Source: Octopus bimaculoides (taxonomy: Eukaryota). Taken from it: a stretch of 64,000 nucleotides of DNA. Position 1 is the first letter of the stretch. Each line of letters begins with the position of its first letter. Below the pieces are notes generated by a model. That model did not search any database. It had not been told where the DNA came from and saw nothing but the letters and a program-made list of their open reading frames with translations. Below are positions 52,150 through 64,000 of the stretch, piece after piece. The position numbers and the translations under genes are program-made. The stretch is taken from assembly GCF_001194135.2 (NCBI RefSeq), contig NC_068981.1:199023711-199087710 (forward strand). Direction: 5' to 3'.

Positions 52150-52800
52150 ATTTATAAATTAAAACTTGGAACTTCCACGTTCTGCTTGATTTATCACAAC
52201 TTATCTCATTTAAGATGTTTTAAGAAGATGGAGATTTTCAAGGAGGGTCAAGAAGATTTTTTTCATAGAATGCCTGATTCCTGTATGGTCTCCAGGTTTG
52301 GGTACCGTATAAGGGAGTGAATCGTATGACTGCTCTGTAGGTCTTGCATTTGATTCTGATGGAAACCTAATTCCAACTCCACAGACATCCAAATGCCACA
52401 CTTCCATCCTTTGCTCATTGTCAGTTTGTCCATCTTTTGATATTGTGTTTCCAAAATAAATAAAGTCTTGTATATTTTTGATAACACCATTCTCTGATAG
52501 TTTCTTTGGTGGTTATTTTTTCTTTTGATGTGTTGGATCAACTGTTTTATTGCAGTGAAGTGCACACCCACAATGTTCCTTGTAGCTTGAAGATGATAAG
52601 TGAGAAAGCCAACCGTTTCTACTCTGCTGTTCCCTATGTTGTGGAACTGATCTTCATGGTGTCATTCACTCAGAGATTTATGGCATTGGTTGACTACAAT
52701 GAATCATTTTGTGAAAATGTTCAGACCAACCTTCAGACAAACGCTATCTGTGTTATTCATGATTTGCAATGATATATTGTCGGTGAAGGATGCCAGAAGC
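52150..52800 (-). mobile_element. Degenerate RTE/BovB-like post-RT fragment
   Basis: DFIYFGNTISKDGQTDNE resembles F.YLGSTLS.DG..D.E; otherwise heavily frameshifted. Confidence 0.5.
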
Positions 52801-52869
52801 TGAGAATTAAGATTCTGTTAAATTTGTAATATTTCCATTTTGAAAGAGTTTTAAAGGAATCCGGTATTT

Positions 52870-54010
52870 TCAAGTTGACAATATTTTTCTTTGGATGTGG
52901 ACTATTTTTGTAGTTCTGATGCCTTGGGGTTTCCTGGTATTTGACCCTAGTGGTTAAGAGTGCCATTTAGTATTGTCTGATGATCAAATGTACAGTTGTT
53001 GTTTTTAGATACCTCATTTCTGAGCCCTTTATTACAAGGTCCTCATGTTTACTTTTCAAATGTTTTGAAGAAGTTTTGTCATTTGCTGGAATTGACAAAT
53101 CTATAAACAGACATGTTTTGTCAGCATGAATTTTTACCACAATATCTGTTCCATTGAACTGTACAGCATGATCAGTTTGGATACTAAAGTCCCAAAGAAT
53201 GGTGATTTTTTTATCTTCTACTACCTTGGTAGAGTTGTGTTCCCACTGGTTCTTCTCATGTAAAAGTCCAGACTTACAGTGTATGATCTGGCAAATACTG
53301 GTCAACATGATGATTGATATATTTAAGGTTAACACAGAAAATCTTGAAACGGGGTGGTCAATTGTTTCTTGCACTACAAAAGCAGCAGGCAGGATCAGTA
53401 CCATTTTTAAGAATGCTTGCCTGGTGGTTTCTGATTTGTGTCCAGATACAGCCAACCATTGCTGGATCATATATCTACATCAGCATCAGTGGCCTTTGTA
53501 GGGTCTTGCTATAAAATGCTTTACTTCTCTATGTATTTTACAGCACTGGCATTCCATTTGATTTCATTGTTCTTAGCTGCTCTGCTATTACAGTGGGTTC
53601 TTCTGTTTCATCGTGTTGCACCTCACTCTCAGTGATCTTTAATTCCTTTACGCATCTCTTTTCTTCTGATATTGAGTACCATTTTTAAGAATGCTTAATA
53701 TTTGCAGACAAGTTTAAGCGTCCAGTTGTTGGTGTTTAGATAATCCCCTCTGGCTTCTGTCTATAGAGACAGCTGCCAGCTACATCAGTCCATGTCTGTC
53801 ATCCTTTCTTGTGATGTATAATATCGCAACATCTTTTTTGGAGTCATGCCTGCAGTGCATTATGAGGAGCTTGCATATGTTTAGATCATTTTTTTTCATC
53901 TCATTGATGCTGTTAAAGCCTACAAATCACAACTGAGTTGATTCAATCCTATTTTGTGCATTAAGTTTGCTCTTTAGGATAGTTTTAATTCTTTGATAAC
54001 ATTCTCTCAA
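52870..54010 (-). mobile_element. R4/Dong-like fragment (thumb, knuckle, REL)
   Basis: ECYQRIKTILKSKLNAQNRI, WLAVSGHKSET, ETIDHPVS, EHNSTKVVEDKKITILWDFSIQTDH...DIVVK...CLFIDLSIP. Confidence 0.82.
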
Positions 54011-54049
54011 ATTATTATTATTAAGCCAGTGCATGCTAATTTAGTTAAC

Positions 54050-54440
54050 AGGTATCTTGAGGTTTGGTGACAACAAGTCTCCTCAAATCTCAAGAGTTTT
54101 TCTTGGGATTCTTGCCAAATACAAGATGGTACTTTGCTACAGGTTGATAATACAAGTTTCAGTTCCAATCTCTTTCAGTCTTTTAGGTAGAAGTTTGGGT
54201 GTTGGTGACAAATGCACCAATTACTACAGGAATAATTGTTGTCTTGGTCGTCCTCAGTTCTCTGGCCAGATCCTGGTATTTCTCAATTGCTTTGCTATTG
54301 ACTCTGCTATCATAAGGAATTGCTAAATCTATGATATCTTGCACTGTTTGTTAATTTTGTGCTCTATAATCATGTCTGCTGTTCTTGTCTCAATAGCAGA
54401 GTCAGTCTTTGTGGCAAAAGTCCCACAACATTTCATTTTT
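54050..54440 (-). mobile_element. R4/Dong-like 3' fragment
   Basis: Minus strand ends QSTILYLARIPRKTLEI, similar to the R4-type terminus QK..LLGTARILRK.LE. Confidence 0.55.
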
Positions 54441-54749
54441 CTCATTTTCTGTCACAGCCTCTGCTACTTATTATTATTATTATTGATTTGACTCTGGTTC
54501 ATTCTTATTCCTGGCAGGATTTATGTGGATAGCAGGTTGCTACCTAGGTAACCTTAGCTATCCACACTCTTTCAATAGTCTTTCAAGTGTTTAACACCCT
54601 CCTCATAATCAATCCTGTCCCTAAGTGGCAAACTTTCTGCTGAAACTCTAAAGAACATTCTATTCCAATCTCCTTCAACCATTTCTCTATATCTTTGCTT
54701 ACAGTTTCCATTTATTCCAATTATTATTATTATAATTATTATTGTTGTC

Positions 54750-55165
54750 ATTATTTTATTTCTCTGAGCTCTCATTCACTTTTCAAGTTTCACTTGAAAA
54801 GGAAATTGAGAGTGGAGAGTGAAGTGCTGTCCTCGAGGGAGTTTATCAAAAGATGGATGGAAGTTGCAAAAATGGCAAGAGTGGATGGTACCTTTCTCAG
54901 TGCAGACCTGTGAGTCGGAGAGGACACTTGCTCATAGGGTTTCAGGGACATCTCAGACAGTGGGGTTCCTCGATTATCCCTAGAGGTGTTCCTGTATCAG
55001 GAGGGTCACATCTCCATCACCCTCCCCACCTTCTATTTTTGCTTTTGTATGCTATGCATATGTCCCTTCTTTTCTAGTGTATACTTTTATTTTGATTTTT
55101 TTTATTTATCTATTTTTTTAATCATTTGTATTTCTTCCTGGTCCTTCACTCTTGTGGAAAATAAA
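54750..55165 (+). mobile_element. Probable L1/Tx1-like LINE 3' end
   Basis: LFKFHLKRKLRVESEVLSSREFIKRWMEVAKMARVDGTFL* resembles Tx1-type ORF2 C-termini (K.KIR.E...L....F..RW); followed by a T-rich UTR and AATAAA. Confidence 0.5.
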
Positions 55166-55189
55166 TGAAATCGTTATTATTATTGTTAT

Positions 55190-56420
55190 ATGAAAACTCA
55201 CAGCTTATTTTGCTTGGTATGGATGGAAAGGGGGTCAGCTGTCCCCAGCCAAGTGACTAAGGTGATATTTGTTTTACTGGTCATGCTTCAAGAGCCCTGC
55301 AAAGAATTCTTGCAGTTCCAAGCAATGTTGATTTTTGTGAGTGTTCTACCTTCGCACTTGCACCAATCTTTTCCAGCCATGTTGGTAGTTGAATGCTGAT
55401 ACTTCCAACTGCACCAATTACTATTGGTATCACGTCTACACTCTTCTTTGACCACAACCTTCGTATTTCCCACTTCAGATCGTCATAGTTGTTTATTTCT
55501 TCTTCTTTCACATTGATCCTGTTGTCACTGGTGCATGCTATGTCGGTTATCATACACGTTCTTTCATTTTTATTTACCACAACAATGTCCGGTTTCCGAT
55601 GTCTGGTCAGGTGATCACACTGGATCGTTACATCTCACAGGATTTTGCAATTCTCATTCTCGGTGACTCCTCCTGGAGTTTTTTCATACCACATCTTTGC
55701 TCTTCGTAGGCCGTGATTTCTACAGAGCTCCCAATGGATCATTCTTACCACATTGTCATGGCACCATTTGTATTCATGTTGTGCCAATTAAGGGCATTTG
55801 CTAATGACGTGCCATACCGTTTCACCCCTCTCACCACAGATTCTGCATTTGCTGCTATTGGTAGTGTTGTCTATTCTGCACTTCACATAGTTGGCCCTTA
55901 ATGTTAGTTCTTGAACTGCGCATATGAATGCTTCTGTCTCTCTTCAGGTCAATCCTCCTCATCCATAGTCACTGGTCCTCTGTATCTGTCTTGGCGTTCA
56001 CATCTCTTGCAAACTGACCGTACATTTTTTTCCTTCCATACTTTTCCTTTTTTTGTTTTCTTTGTTAATTTCTTGTTTAAAGTTTTCTTTACTTACACAA
56101 ATTTCAGTTTTGATGACACCTCTCTTTTTCGTGTAATATCAAATCAACAGTGGTTCCATGGCATTTTTTTTATATTCCACCCTAAGCTGTTTGCCTCTGC
56201 TTCGATACAGTCCTGTCAGCTGATCAAACCTCTTTCACCCTTTCTTCTGGACAAGTACAGCCTATCAGTGTCACTCTTAGGGGTGGAAGGCTCTGTGTAC
56301 TGTCAACAGTTTTCTGGTCTTGGTAGCCATTTTCTTCATTTCTCTCTTTTGCCATTTTATAATTTCCACTCCATACCAAAATGATGCTATCACTCACATA
56401 TTAACTGCCTGGATTTTATT
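55190..56420 (-). mobile_element. Best-preserved R4/Dong-like 3' fragment
   Basis: One frame with few stops: WMRRIDLKRETEAFICAVQE...KCRICGERGETVWHVISKC (CCHC)...RKPDIVVVNKNERTCMITDIAC...YDDLKWEIRRLW...IPIVIGAVG...LLGTARILCRALEA*. Bounded by (TTA)n tracts. Confidence 0.9.
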
Positions 56421-57092
56421 CCATCCAGTCAATTATTATTATTATTTTTATTATTATTATTATCATTATTGCTGTGATCTAGCGGAATTGTAAGGATGTC
56501 AAATAAAATGCTTAGTGGCATTTTTTCCTTTCTATGTTTTGAGTTGAAATTCCACTATAATAAGTACCAGTCATATACTTTGTCAGTGTAACTGATTGTT
56601 CTTCCCCCTAAAAAAAACGCTGGCCCTATGCGAAACCCTTTCACACAATTAAATTCCACTCCTTTTGTGTTGTGTTGTCCTATGCCATCCCCAATCTTTT
56701 ATATAAACTTTTGGTGGCGAATAAAGAAAAAAATCATCATCATTATTCATTATTCGTAAAATGATGTTATTGATTCAGTTTTGCTTTATTTACCAAAATA
56801 TACCACAGATAACTAGAAATTCTTTTGTTTTTTCCCCCATTTAATTTCTGAAGTAAACCATTAAGTGGTGCTGCCCACATCGATTAAACTATTAACTTCT
56901 TCTTTGGTGGTTTTATTTCCTCGAAACATTCACTAATTTCATTGTCCCAATTCTTATTGCACATTGTTAATAAACACTTAAAATAATAAAGACAAAAGAT
57001 AAAAGTTGTCTGATCATCACTTTTATTATTTTAAGTTAGCTCAGAAATTGAGGAAAGAAATATAGTTTCCCTGTTAGAAGCATTGAGATAAT

Positions 57093-57186
57093 GCAGGCAT
57101 GGCTGTGTGGTAAAAAGCTTGCTTCCCAACCATATGGTTCCAGGTTCAGTACCAATGCATGGTGGAAACTGAAAGAAGCCTGCCAT
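57093..57186 (+). mobile_element. SINE family A with internal deletion
   Basis: GCAGGCATGGCTGTGTGGTAAAAAGCTTGCTTCCCAACC...GGTTCAGT joined directly to GGAAACTGAAAGAAGCC. Confidence 0.78.
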
Positions 57187-57215
57187 ATATGTATATATAT
57201 ATATATATATATATA

Positions 57216-57436
57216 GCGTGGCCGTTGCCAGTACTGCCTGTCTGGCCTCCGTGTGGGTGACACGTAAAAGCACCCACTACACTCTCTGAGTGGTTGGCAT
57301 TAGGAAGGGCATCCAGCTGTAGAAACTCTGCCAGATCAGATTGGAGCCTGGTGTAGCCATCTGGTTTCACCAGTCCTCAGTCAAATTGTCCAACCCATGC
57401 TAGCATGGAAAGCGGACGTTAAACGATGATGATGAT
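57216..57436 (+). mobile_element. Young RTE 3' UTR/tail
   Basis: Nearly the reverse complement of 18251-18440; both give MKPDG.TRLQSDLAEFLQLDALPNANHSESVVGAFTCHPH in the ORF track. Confidence 0.88.
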
Positions 57437-57459
57437 ACACACACACACACACACACAAA

Positions 57460-57497
57460 CATATTCTGTTGTGTCTGGGGAGAGTCATTCTCTTTTA
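57460..57497 (+). repeat. Left arm of a 38-bp inverted repeat
   Basis: CATATTCTGTTGTGTCTGGGGAGAGTCATTCTCTTTTA; matches the reverse complement of 58741-58778 at 34 of 38 positions. Confidence 0.9.
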
Positions 57498-57899
57498 GTG
57501 CCTTATTAATTTAACACACTCACCGGTCAGATTTCCACTCATTTACTTCTTTATTTTTACTAAAATTTTCATTGCGTCTTGCAACCTTTTCAATAGTTGT
57601 TGACTCTGTCCATTATCGGAACTGCATTCTTTTTGTTTGTTTGTTTGTTTGTTTGTGCACGTGTGTACATGCTCGTAAACTATGTATGTATGCATGTGTA
57701 TGCATATATATATATGTATGAGTGTACACGTATGTATGTGTACACGTATGTATGTATTCTGCATATCCATGTGCTTGTGTATTCATGTTTGCATTCATGT
57801 GTGTGTCTGTATGTATTTGTGTGTGTGTAACTCTGTCTCCTTGTGTGTGTCTGTGTATGGCTTTCTTTGACTATATAAACTGTGGGTATTGGGATATGA

Positions 57900-58740
57900 C
57901 ATCTTTGTATATTTCCTATTTAGTTCTGAAGATGTTTCATTAATGAGGACATACTCTTGTACTTGTCTGAGTCTTGGGTCCTTGGATAAAATGCAGATGT
58001 CAAGTTGACCCAGTGTGCCTCTGTGTTGATCTTTGGCATGTTGGTAGAGTACGGAGGATTGTTTTTTGTTGTCATATTGTCTCAAATGTTTGTGCAATCT
58101 CTCTGCAATGCTTCTAGATGTCTCACCTTTGTATATTAGATTCTTATCTTTACAAACCCCCTCTGTGCACCTTATGCTGTAGACTACATTTCTAGTTCTA
58201 CAGTTAATGCCAGGGTTAATCTTACATCCCATGCAGTTATCATTGATGCATGTGGTATTCTCATGGTTGTGATCTGGCTTTTCAATGGTCTTAATGTTGA
58301 GTTTAGCCTCCTTCAGAGTTTTCCTAAATCTTCGGGCTGGTTCTCCATGGGCTGTGGCCTCTACAAACATTACTCCTTGACAGTTGTCGGTCTTGTACCA
58401 CGTGTTCCCTCTGTTTGCTTTGTCACAAACTCTTTGTATCCTATTCCAGTTTTTACTTCTATATCTCGGGCAGGTACTACTGGTTTCATTACTTATAATG
58501 TTATCTAACTTCTTTCTAGCACCCCTGTATACTTGAACCCTATCTTTCAGATCATATCCAGAGAACTGCATTCGATGAATGAAGTTCTGTATGCGCTTCT
58601 TTGTTTCATAGGGTTCACATAATGGGGACACGTTGTTCATTATCCTAACTGGGTCTGCTATCAGTAAATGTTGATTTTCATGTTGTGTGACAAAGCTGAG
58701 TTCTTGTGAACATATTTCGAAGCTATGCGTTTCATGTAAT
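57900..58740 (-). mobile_element. Penelope-like element fragment: RT thumb, Cys-rich linker and GIY-YIG endonuclease
   Basis: HKNSALSHNMKINI / RIMNNVS...RMQFSGY (thumb); CINDNCMGC...NCRTRNVVYSIRC...IYKGETSRSIAERLHKH...SVLYQHAKDQH...RQVQEYVLI...LN (GIY-YIG with conserved R, H, E and N). Confidence 0.88.
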
Positions 58741-58778
58741 TAAAACAGAATGACTCTCCCTAGACACAATAAAATATG
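58741..58778 (-). repeat. Right arm of the 38-bp inverted repeat
   Basis: TAAAACAGAATGACTCTCCCTAGACACAATAAAATATG; abuts the 5' truncation point of the Penelope-like ORF. Confidence 0.9.
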
Positions 58779-60010
58779 CTTCAACACACGAATTCACATA
58801 AAGAATCTTGCAAGCCAAATACAAAAACGAAATATATATATATATACATACATGCATACATGTATATACCATTAAAACCTATGTAATTTATGCACTTTTT
58901 TTGCAGAAATAAAAATAAACTTTATTGGGTGCATAAATTACATGAGTAGATCGTTTCCAGAATTCTTTTGAAATATTTTTTTTTTTTTTGAAAAAATGTA
59001 CAAAACGTAAAAATTTGTACTGGAAGTTGACTCATTTAATGTCAGAATAGGTTTTTACAGAAAAAATAATGGCTTAAATATGCATNNNNNNNNNNNNNNN
59101 NNNNNNNNNNNNNNNNNNNNNNNNNNNNNNNNNNNNNNNNNNNNNNNNNNNNNNNNNNNNNNNNNNNNNNNNNNNNNNNNNNNNNNNNNNNNNNNNNNNN
59201 NNNNNNNNNNNNNNNNNNNNNNNNNNNNNNNNNNNNNNNNNNNNNNNNNNNNNNNNNNNNNNNNNNNNNNNNNNNNNNNNNNNNNNNNNNNNNNNNNNNN
59301 NNNNNNNNNNNNNNNNNNNNNNNNNNNNNNNNNNNNNNNNNNNNNNNNNNNNNNNNNNNNNNNNNNNNNNNNNNNNNNNNNNNNNNNNNNNNNNNNNNNN
59401 NNNNNNNNNNNNNNNNNNNNNNNNNNNNNNNNNNNNNNNNNNNNNNNNNNNNNNNNNNNNNNNNNNNNNNNNNNNNNNNNNNNNNNNNNNNNNNNNNNNN
59501 NNNNNNNNNNNNNNNNNNNNNNNNNNNNNNNNNNNNNNNNNNNNNNNNNNNNNNNNNNNNNNNNNNNNNNNNNNNNNNNNNNNNNNNNNNNNNNNNNNNN
59601 NNNNNNNNNNNNNNNNNNNNNNNNNNNNNNNNNNNNNNNNNNNNNNNNNNNNNNNNNNNNNNNNNNNNNNNNNNNNNNNNNNNNNNNNNNNNNNNNNNNN
59701 NNNNNNNNNNNNNNNNNNNNNNNNNNNNNNNNNNNNNNNNNNNNNNNNNNNNNNNNNNNNNNNNNNNNNNNNNNNNNNNNNNNNNNNNNNNNNNNNNNNN
59801 NNNNNNNNNNNNNNNNNNNNNNNNNNNNNNNNNNNNNNNNNNNNNNNNNNNNNNNNNNNNNNNNNNNNNNNNNNNNNNNNNNNNNNNNNNNNNNNNNNNN
59901 NNNNNNNNNNNNNNNNNNNNNNNNNNNNNNNNNNNNNNNNNNNNNNNNNNNNNNNNNNNNNNNNNNNNNNNNNNNNNNNNNNNNNNNNNNNNNNNNNNNN
60001 NNNNNNNNNN

Positions 60011-60056
<46 letters not shown>

Positions 60057-61229
60057 TATACATACATATATATATCAATGTGTGTGTGCTTTGTGCCTGT
60101 TTGTCCCCCGCCCCACCACTTAACCAGTATTGGTTTGTTTGCATCCCTCTAACTTAGTGATTTGACAAAAGAGAATGATTAAATAATTACCAGATCAAGA
60201 AAAAAAAAGCAAGTACTGGTGTCAATTCACTGCCAACATCCTTGCTCACCGATCAAGTGTGTGCAGGCAGTTCCACTGTGATACCAGCATAGGAAGGGAT
60301 TGACTCGTACCCAATAAATGTAAAAAGTCTTGAGTAACATGAGATGTTATATTTACCCAGATGACCAAGGAAAGGAATAACAATTAGAACTTCTTGCAAA
60401 CAGGACATGATGATGCCAGATGACTAATTCGACCGTTCATGTGTTTATTTTGATAATCTAATGCCTGAAAGAGACAAGCTTCTAGTAGAGGCCTGCAAAA
60501 CTTTGTTGCTTGGAGCTGAATCAAACTGTTTTAAATATCTAGACAAACAGGCAGAGAAATGTCTGTATGGATGGCTGTATCTATTAGCTGTGTGGTTCAA
60601 AATTTCACATAGTTTGGAGTTGATTTCCTCTTCACGGATGCTGTTGTTCTAATCTCCTTATCATAGTGCGTGCATAGTCCCCCTGTCTTGGTAGGTGACC
60701 ACTGGTTCTAAATGACTTATTAAAGTTCATACAAATGACAAATAGTGTTGTTTATTTACAATCATCCATGAAAGCATGGCCAAGTTGTTGTTTGAGAGAT
60801 GAGAGGAAATATTTGCTTAGAAACAGTTGAGGGTTGGCAACAAAATGACCACCCAGCTTTAGAAAATTCTCTCCTAATAAAGTCTTGTCTGACCTGTGTT
60901 GGCATGGAAAAGTATGCATTAAAGTGGTGGTGGTGGTGCGTTTGTGCCCAGATTCATTTCTTTCTACACAGCTACGTTTGTTGTTCAGCAGTTTGACATA
61001 TGAAAGAGTTAGTGGAATAAAGAATTTTATTTAATAGAGATGGTTGGCATTAGGAAAGGCCTCTGACTCTAGAATTCTATGGGAAGAAGCTCATTCAGTT
61101 TTCTTAGTATGACCATAAATTACATTTACGATTTGAAAAATTCAGAAACAGAAATCTAAGGCTAACTCTGCCGGTTGTGTGTGAGAGCAATGGAGCCTAC
61201 GTGCAAGGGTTTTTGATATTTCTAATAAT

Positions 61230-61320
61230 GGAACCTGGTGTAGCCATCTGGTTCACCAGTCTCAGTCAAATCGTCCAACCCATGCTTGCATGGAAAGCGG
61301 ACGTTAATCGATGATGATGA
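61230..61320 (+). mobile_element. Short young RTE tail
   Basis: CCTGGTGTAGCCATCTGGTT...CCAACCCATGC..GCATGGAAAGCGGACGTTAA..GATGATGATG, the same subfamily as 57216-57436. Confidence 0.8.
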
Positions 61321-63016
61321 CTTTGTTTGCCTATAAATTTTGCTGAGTTATCTTTTTTCCTTTCTTTTTCTGAATTTTTCAAATTGTAACAGTAATTCAT
61401 GGATAGCCTGTATTAGTAGAGACCTGCTTAAAATTACTAGAACTCTAATTTAGGAAGACCTACTCCATAGATGGAGATAAACATCTCCAGTGTTGTCATC
61501 TGAAGAAACATGGGTGTTTGTAACTGTTTTCTGCATTGAAAAGGATGAGTTTTATGTAATACTGTTGCAAACATTTCAGTGTTACCCTCTGTTTATTTGT
61601 TGCTGCTGCTGCTGTGTATTTCACTTTCTCCTTGTTGATTGGCTGCAGATATACCTTCAGGTACAATCTTTCAGCTGCCTCTGTTTTCCTATGCAAAATA
61701 TTGAACTAAAATCAGTTGATTTATTCTCAAAATGGCTGATTTTTTTTCTTTTGTTTTTATTGCATAATGTTCCAGTTTGTATGACATCAGATTAATCATA
61801 CCAATTTTAAAATTGGTTATAAATGTTTAAATATGTCAACCTTTTAATTACATAAAACTGCTAACTTGCAATTGAGGATTAAATTTTAGAGCAATTAATT
61901 TCAATCAAAACAGTTTTATCTCAAGACTTCTGCATATTGATAAGTCTTCCAGAACCATGTCTATAATTTCAATGTTATTGACTGCTAAAACCATGAACTT
62001 TGTCCTTTAGTAACAAAAGGAATTGACTAAAATATCAAAGAATGACAAGTTAAGATTACAAAAACATTTTTTTTTAATGTATTTTTGTTTCTCTCTCTAT
62101 AAAATGGAGATTATTGACTGGTTGCTTTCTATGAAATAGAAAATAGTTCTTAGGTTACAGTGTTCAGTTAGAAATATCAATAGTAAATGGTAAATGGTGA
62201 GTTGGAACATATTTCAAATTTGTTATTGGAATGTTATTTTGTTTAGACATAGTATTCGGTTCATTCTTTGCTCTGTGGTCTGGTACTTGTTTGTTCAGTG
62301 ACAAGGTTAGGCTTCTTGTCAAAAATTATTGCTACAAAACTTTAATGAATGTCATTTTTTTTCTCTTCTACTTGAGAACTCCATTTTAAAGAAAGCAAAA
62401 GGTTTTATTGTTTAGATTTCACAGAATAACCCTTTTCAAATATATTCTTGGTAGTTTTATGTATTAAAACTATTCCTTATAATACTAACTCACCTGAGAC
62501 TCTCCTAGTTCTATGATAGAAACTTTCTGTTTCAGAGAAATCAAAATCAAAACCGTTCATTAAGTTATCATGTGGATTTCTTCCATACACCAGTTACTAA
62601 TGGCAAAGATATTTTACTAAATTCCTCGTTATTTTCAGATAGAAACAGAAGTTGTGTATTTCAACAGAAATTTAATAACAAAAAAAGTTAACAAAAATGT
62701 CTGCATTTTCAAAATATATGATTATTGCTTCTTTATGCATATTTGTTATTTAATAAAATATTTGAAAAACTTTCAAACCATTTTCTGCAGGTTTTCATCA
62801 ACTTGCTATTTTATTAATTTTTATCAAGAAATTGATTGCTAATGCCAATAAAAATATTGAAATACTTCATCAGTGAATCAATCAGAAATGTATCTTCTTT
62901 GCAAAGGGAAGTGAGATCTGGAGGGAAAATGAAGTAAATGGTTTTAGGTTTTTTGTCTAAAAAGAAACCAGCTGCAATATATTACTATTTAACAAATCTT
63001 TCTCTGTTTTTTCCAG

Positions 63017-63187
63017 ATGCAAGTTTGCGGTATAGAGACGGCTTACCTGTATTTTCAGTGCCTTTACCTTCCCGTCAAGAGACGTGTGAATTTGTTTTAA
63101 AACCAATATCACATACTGTGGGAGATTTTTTTAACTTTATGAAAGAAGAAGATCATGGTATTGATAATATATCGATATATACAAAAG
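63017..63187 (+). CDS. MCU: Internal coding exon of the mitochondrial calcium uniporter (N-terminal domain)
   Basis: Acceptor TCTCTGTTTTTTCCAG, donor G|GTAACT, 171 nt, phase 1-1. Translation (D)ASLRYRDGLPVFSVPLPSRQETCEFVLKPISHTVGDFFNFMKEEDHGIDNISIYTK matches the MCU family motif [28 protein letters not shown]...EEDRGID. From memory, human MCU exon 3 is also 171 nt; this should be verified. Confidence 0.93.
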
Positions 63188-63807
63188 GTAACTTTTGGTC
63201 TCCGTTGCTTTTTTCATTCTTTCTCTTTGTAAACACAGTGTTCCATTTGCACATTACTCCTGCTCTTCACATTTGCCAAAATTGGCCCAAAATTTCCACT
63301 TTGAATAAATGCCAGCATGATTACTGTAGTGGAATTATTATGGCAGTGAAATTGGCACAAATTGTTTTAACACATGTTAAAAGTTGANNNNNNNNNNNNN
63401 NNNNNNNNNGTCTCATGAAAGTTTTTACATTAGATCTGCATTTACAATCAATATATCACTTATGTTTATTCAGTTGAAAGCAAGTGTTTTTTGAAGAATT
63501 CACACAGGTAAATTCTTGGTAAGGGTGCAAGCGACAAAATGAGAAATTGCTATCAGTTCACACCTGATACAATATTTCTGATTGAGTCAATCGCATGAAG
63601 TTTTTAATTTTCTCGTTGGAATAGATATAATTTTTTGGTTCTTAATGAAGCTTTAAATGAACAGTTTTTAATTACAAATGCAGCTTCTTTCACAGTGAGT
63701 TTCAATATCAAAATATCTCCATTTCTGTTATAATTAGATAATAAATGAAATAATTAGGTCTTTGTCCTCTTGTATTTCCCAAAATTTTATATTAATATTG
63801 TTTTGTA

Positions 63808-63972
63808 GGCACAGGAGTGGCTGTGTGGTAAGTAGCTTGCTTACCAACCACATGGTTCCAGGTTCAGTCCCACTGCATGGCACCTTGGGCAAGTGTCTTC
63901 TACTATAGCCCCAGGCCAACCAAAGCCTTGTGAGTAGATTTGGTAGATGGAAACTGAAAGAAGCCCGTCGTG
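63808..63972 (+). mobile_element. tRNA-derived SINE, family A (runs into the window end)
   Basis: GGAGTGGCTGTGTGGTAAGTAGCTTGCTT...CCTTGGGCAAGTGTCTTCTACTATAGCC...GGAAACTGAAAGAAGCCCGTCG. Confidence 0.88.
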
Positions 63973-64000
63973 TATATGTATGTATATATATATATATATA

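Noticed and set aside
62938-63387. 149-aa ORF as a single-exon MCU gene
   Set aside because: MCU similarity is confined to 63017-63187 between canonical AG/GT sites; the flanks are intron read-through.

Overview
AT-rich, microsatellite-rich eukaryotic draft-genome sequence with nine N-gaps. The SINE/LINE repertoire resembles what I recall from Octopus (coleoid cephalopod) genomes; this is an inference, not a database match. The only confidently identified host coding sequence is an internal exon of the mitochondrial calcium uniporter gene MCU (+ strand, 63017-63187, AG/GT-bounded, phase 1-1). Two weaker candidate upstream MCU exons lie at 29310-29333 and 32610-32787, implying an intron of about 30 kb. 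The rest is mostly transposon debris: several tRNA-derived SINE families (two copies with clear TSDs), many RTE-clade LINE fragments and 3' tails, six R4/Dong-like fragments, CR1/Jockey-like and Tx1-like pieces, a Penelope-like GIY-YIG fragment, a non-autonomous TIR element nested in an RTE, and 21-, 32- and 98-bp tandem repeats. The most interesting signal is a tRNA-headed SINE (51146-51391) whose 3' part folds as a minimal type I hammerhead ribozyme (51300-51345). Most ORFs in the supplied track are artefacts of N-gaps, microsatellites or chance. No prokaryotic features or CRISPR arrays were seen. Boundaries of degenerate repeats are approximate, and family assignments rest on motif recognition by eye.
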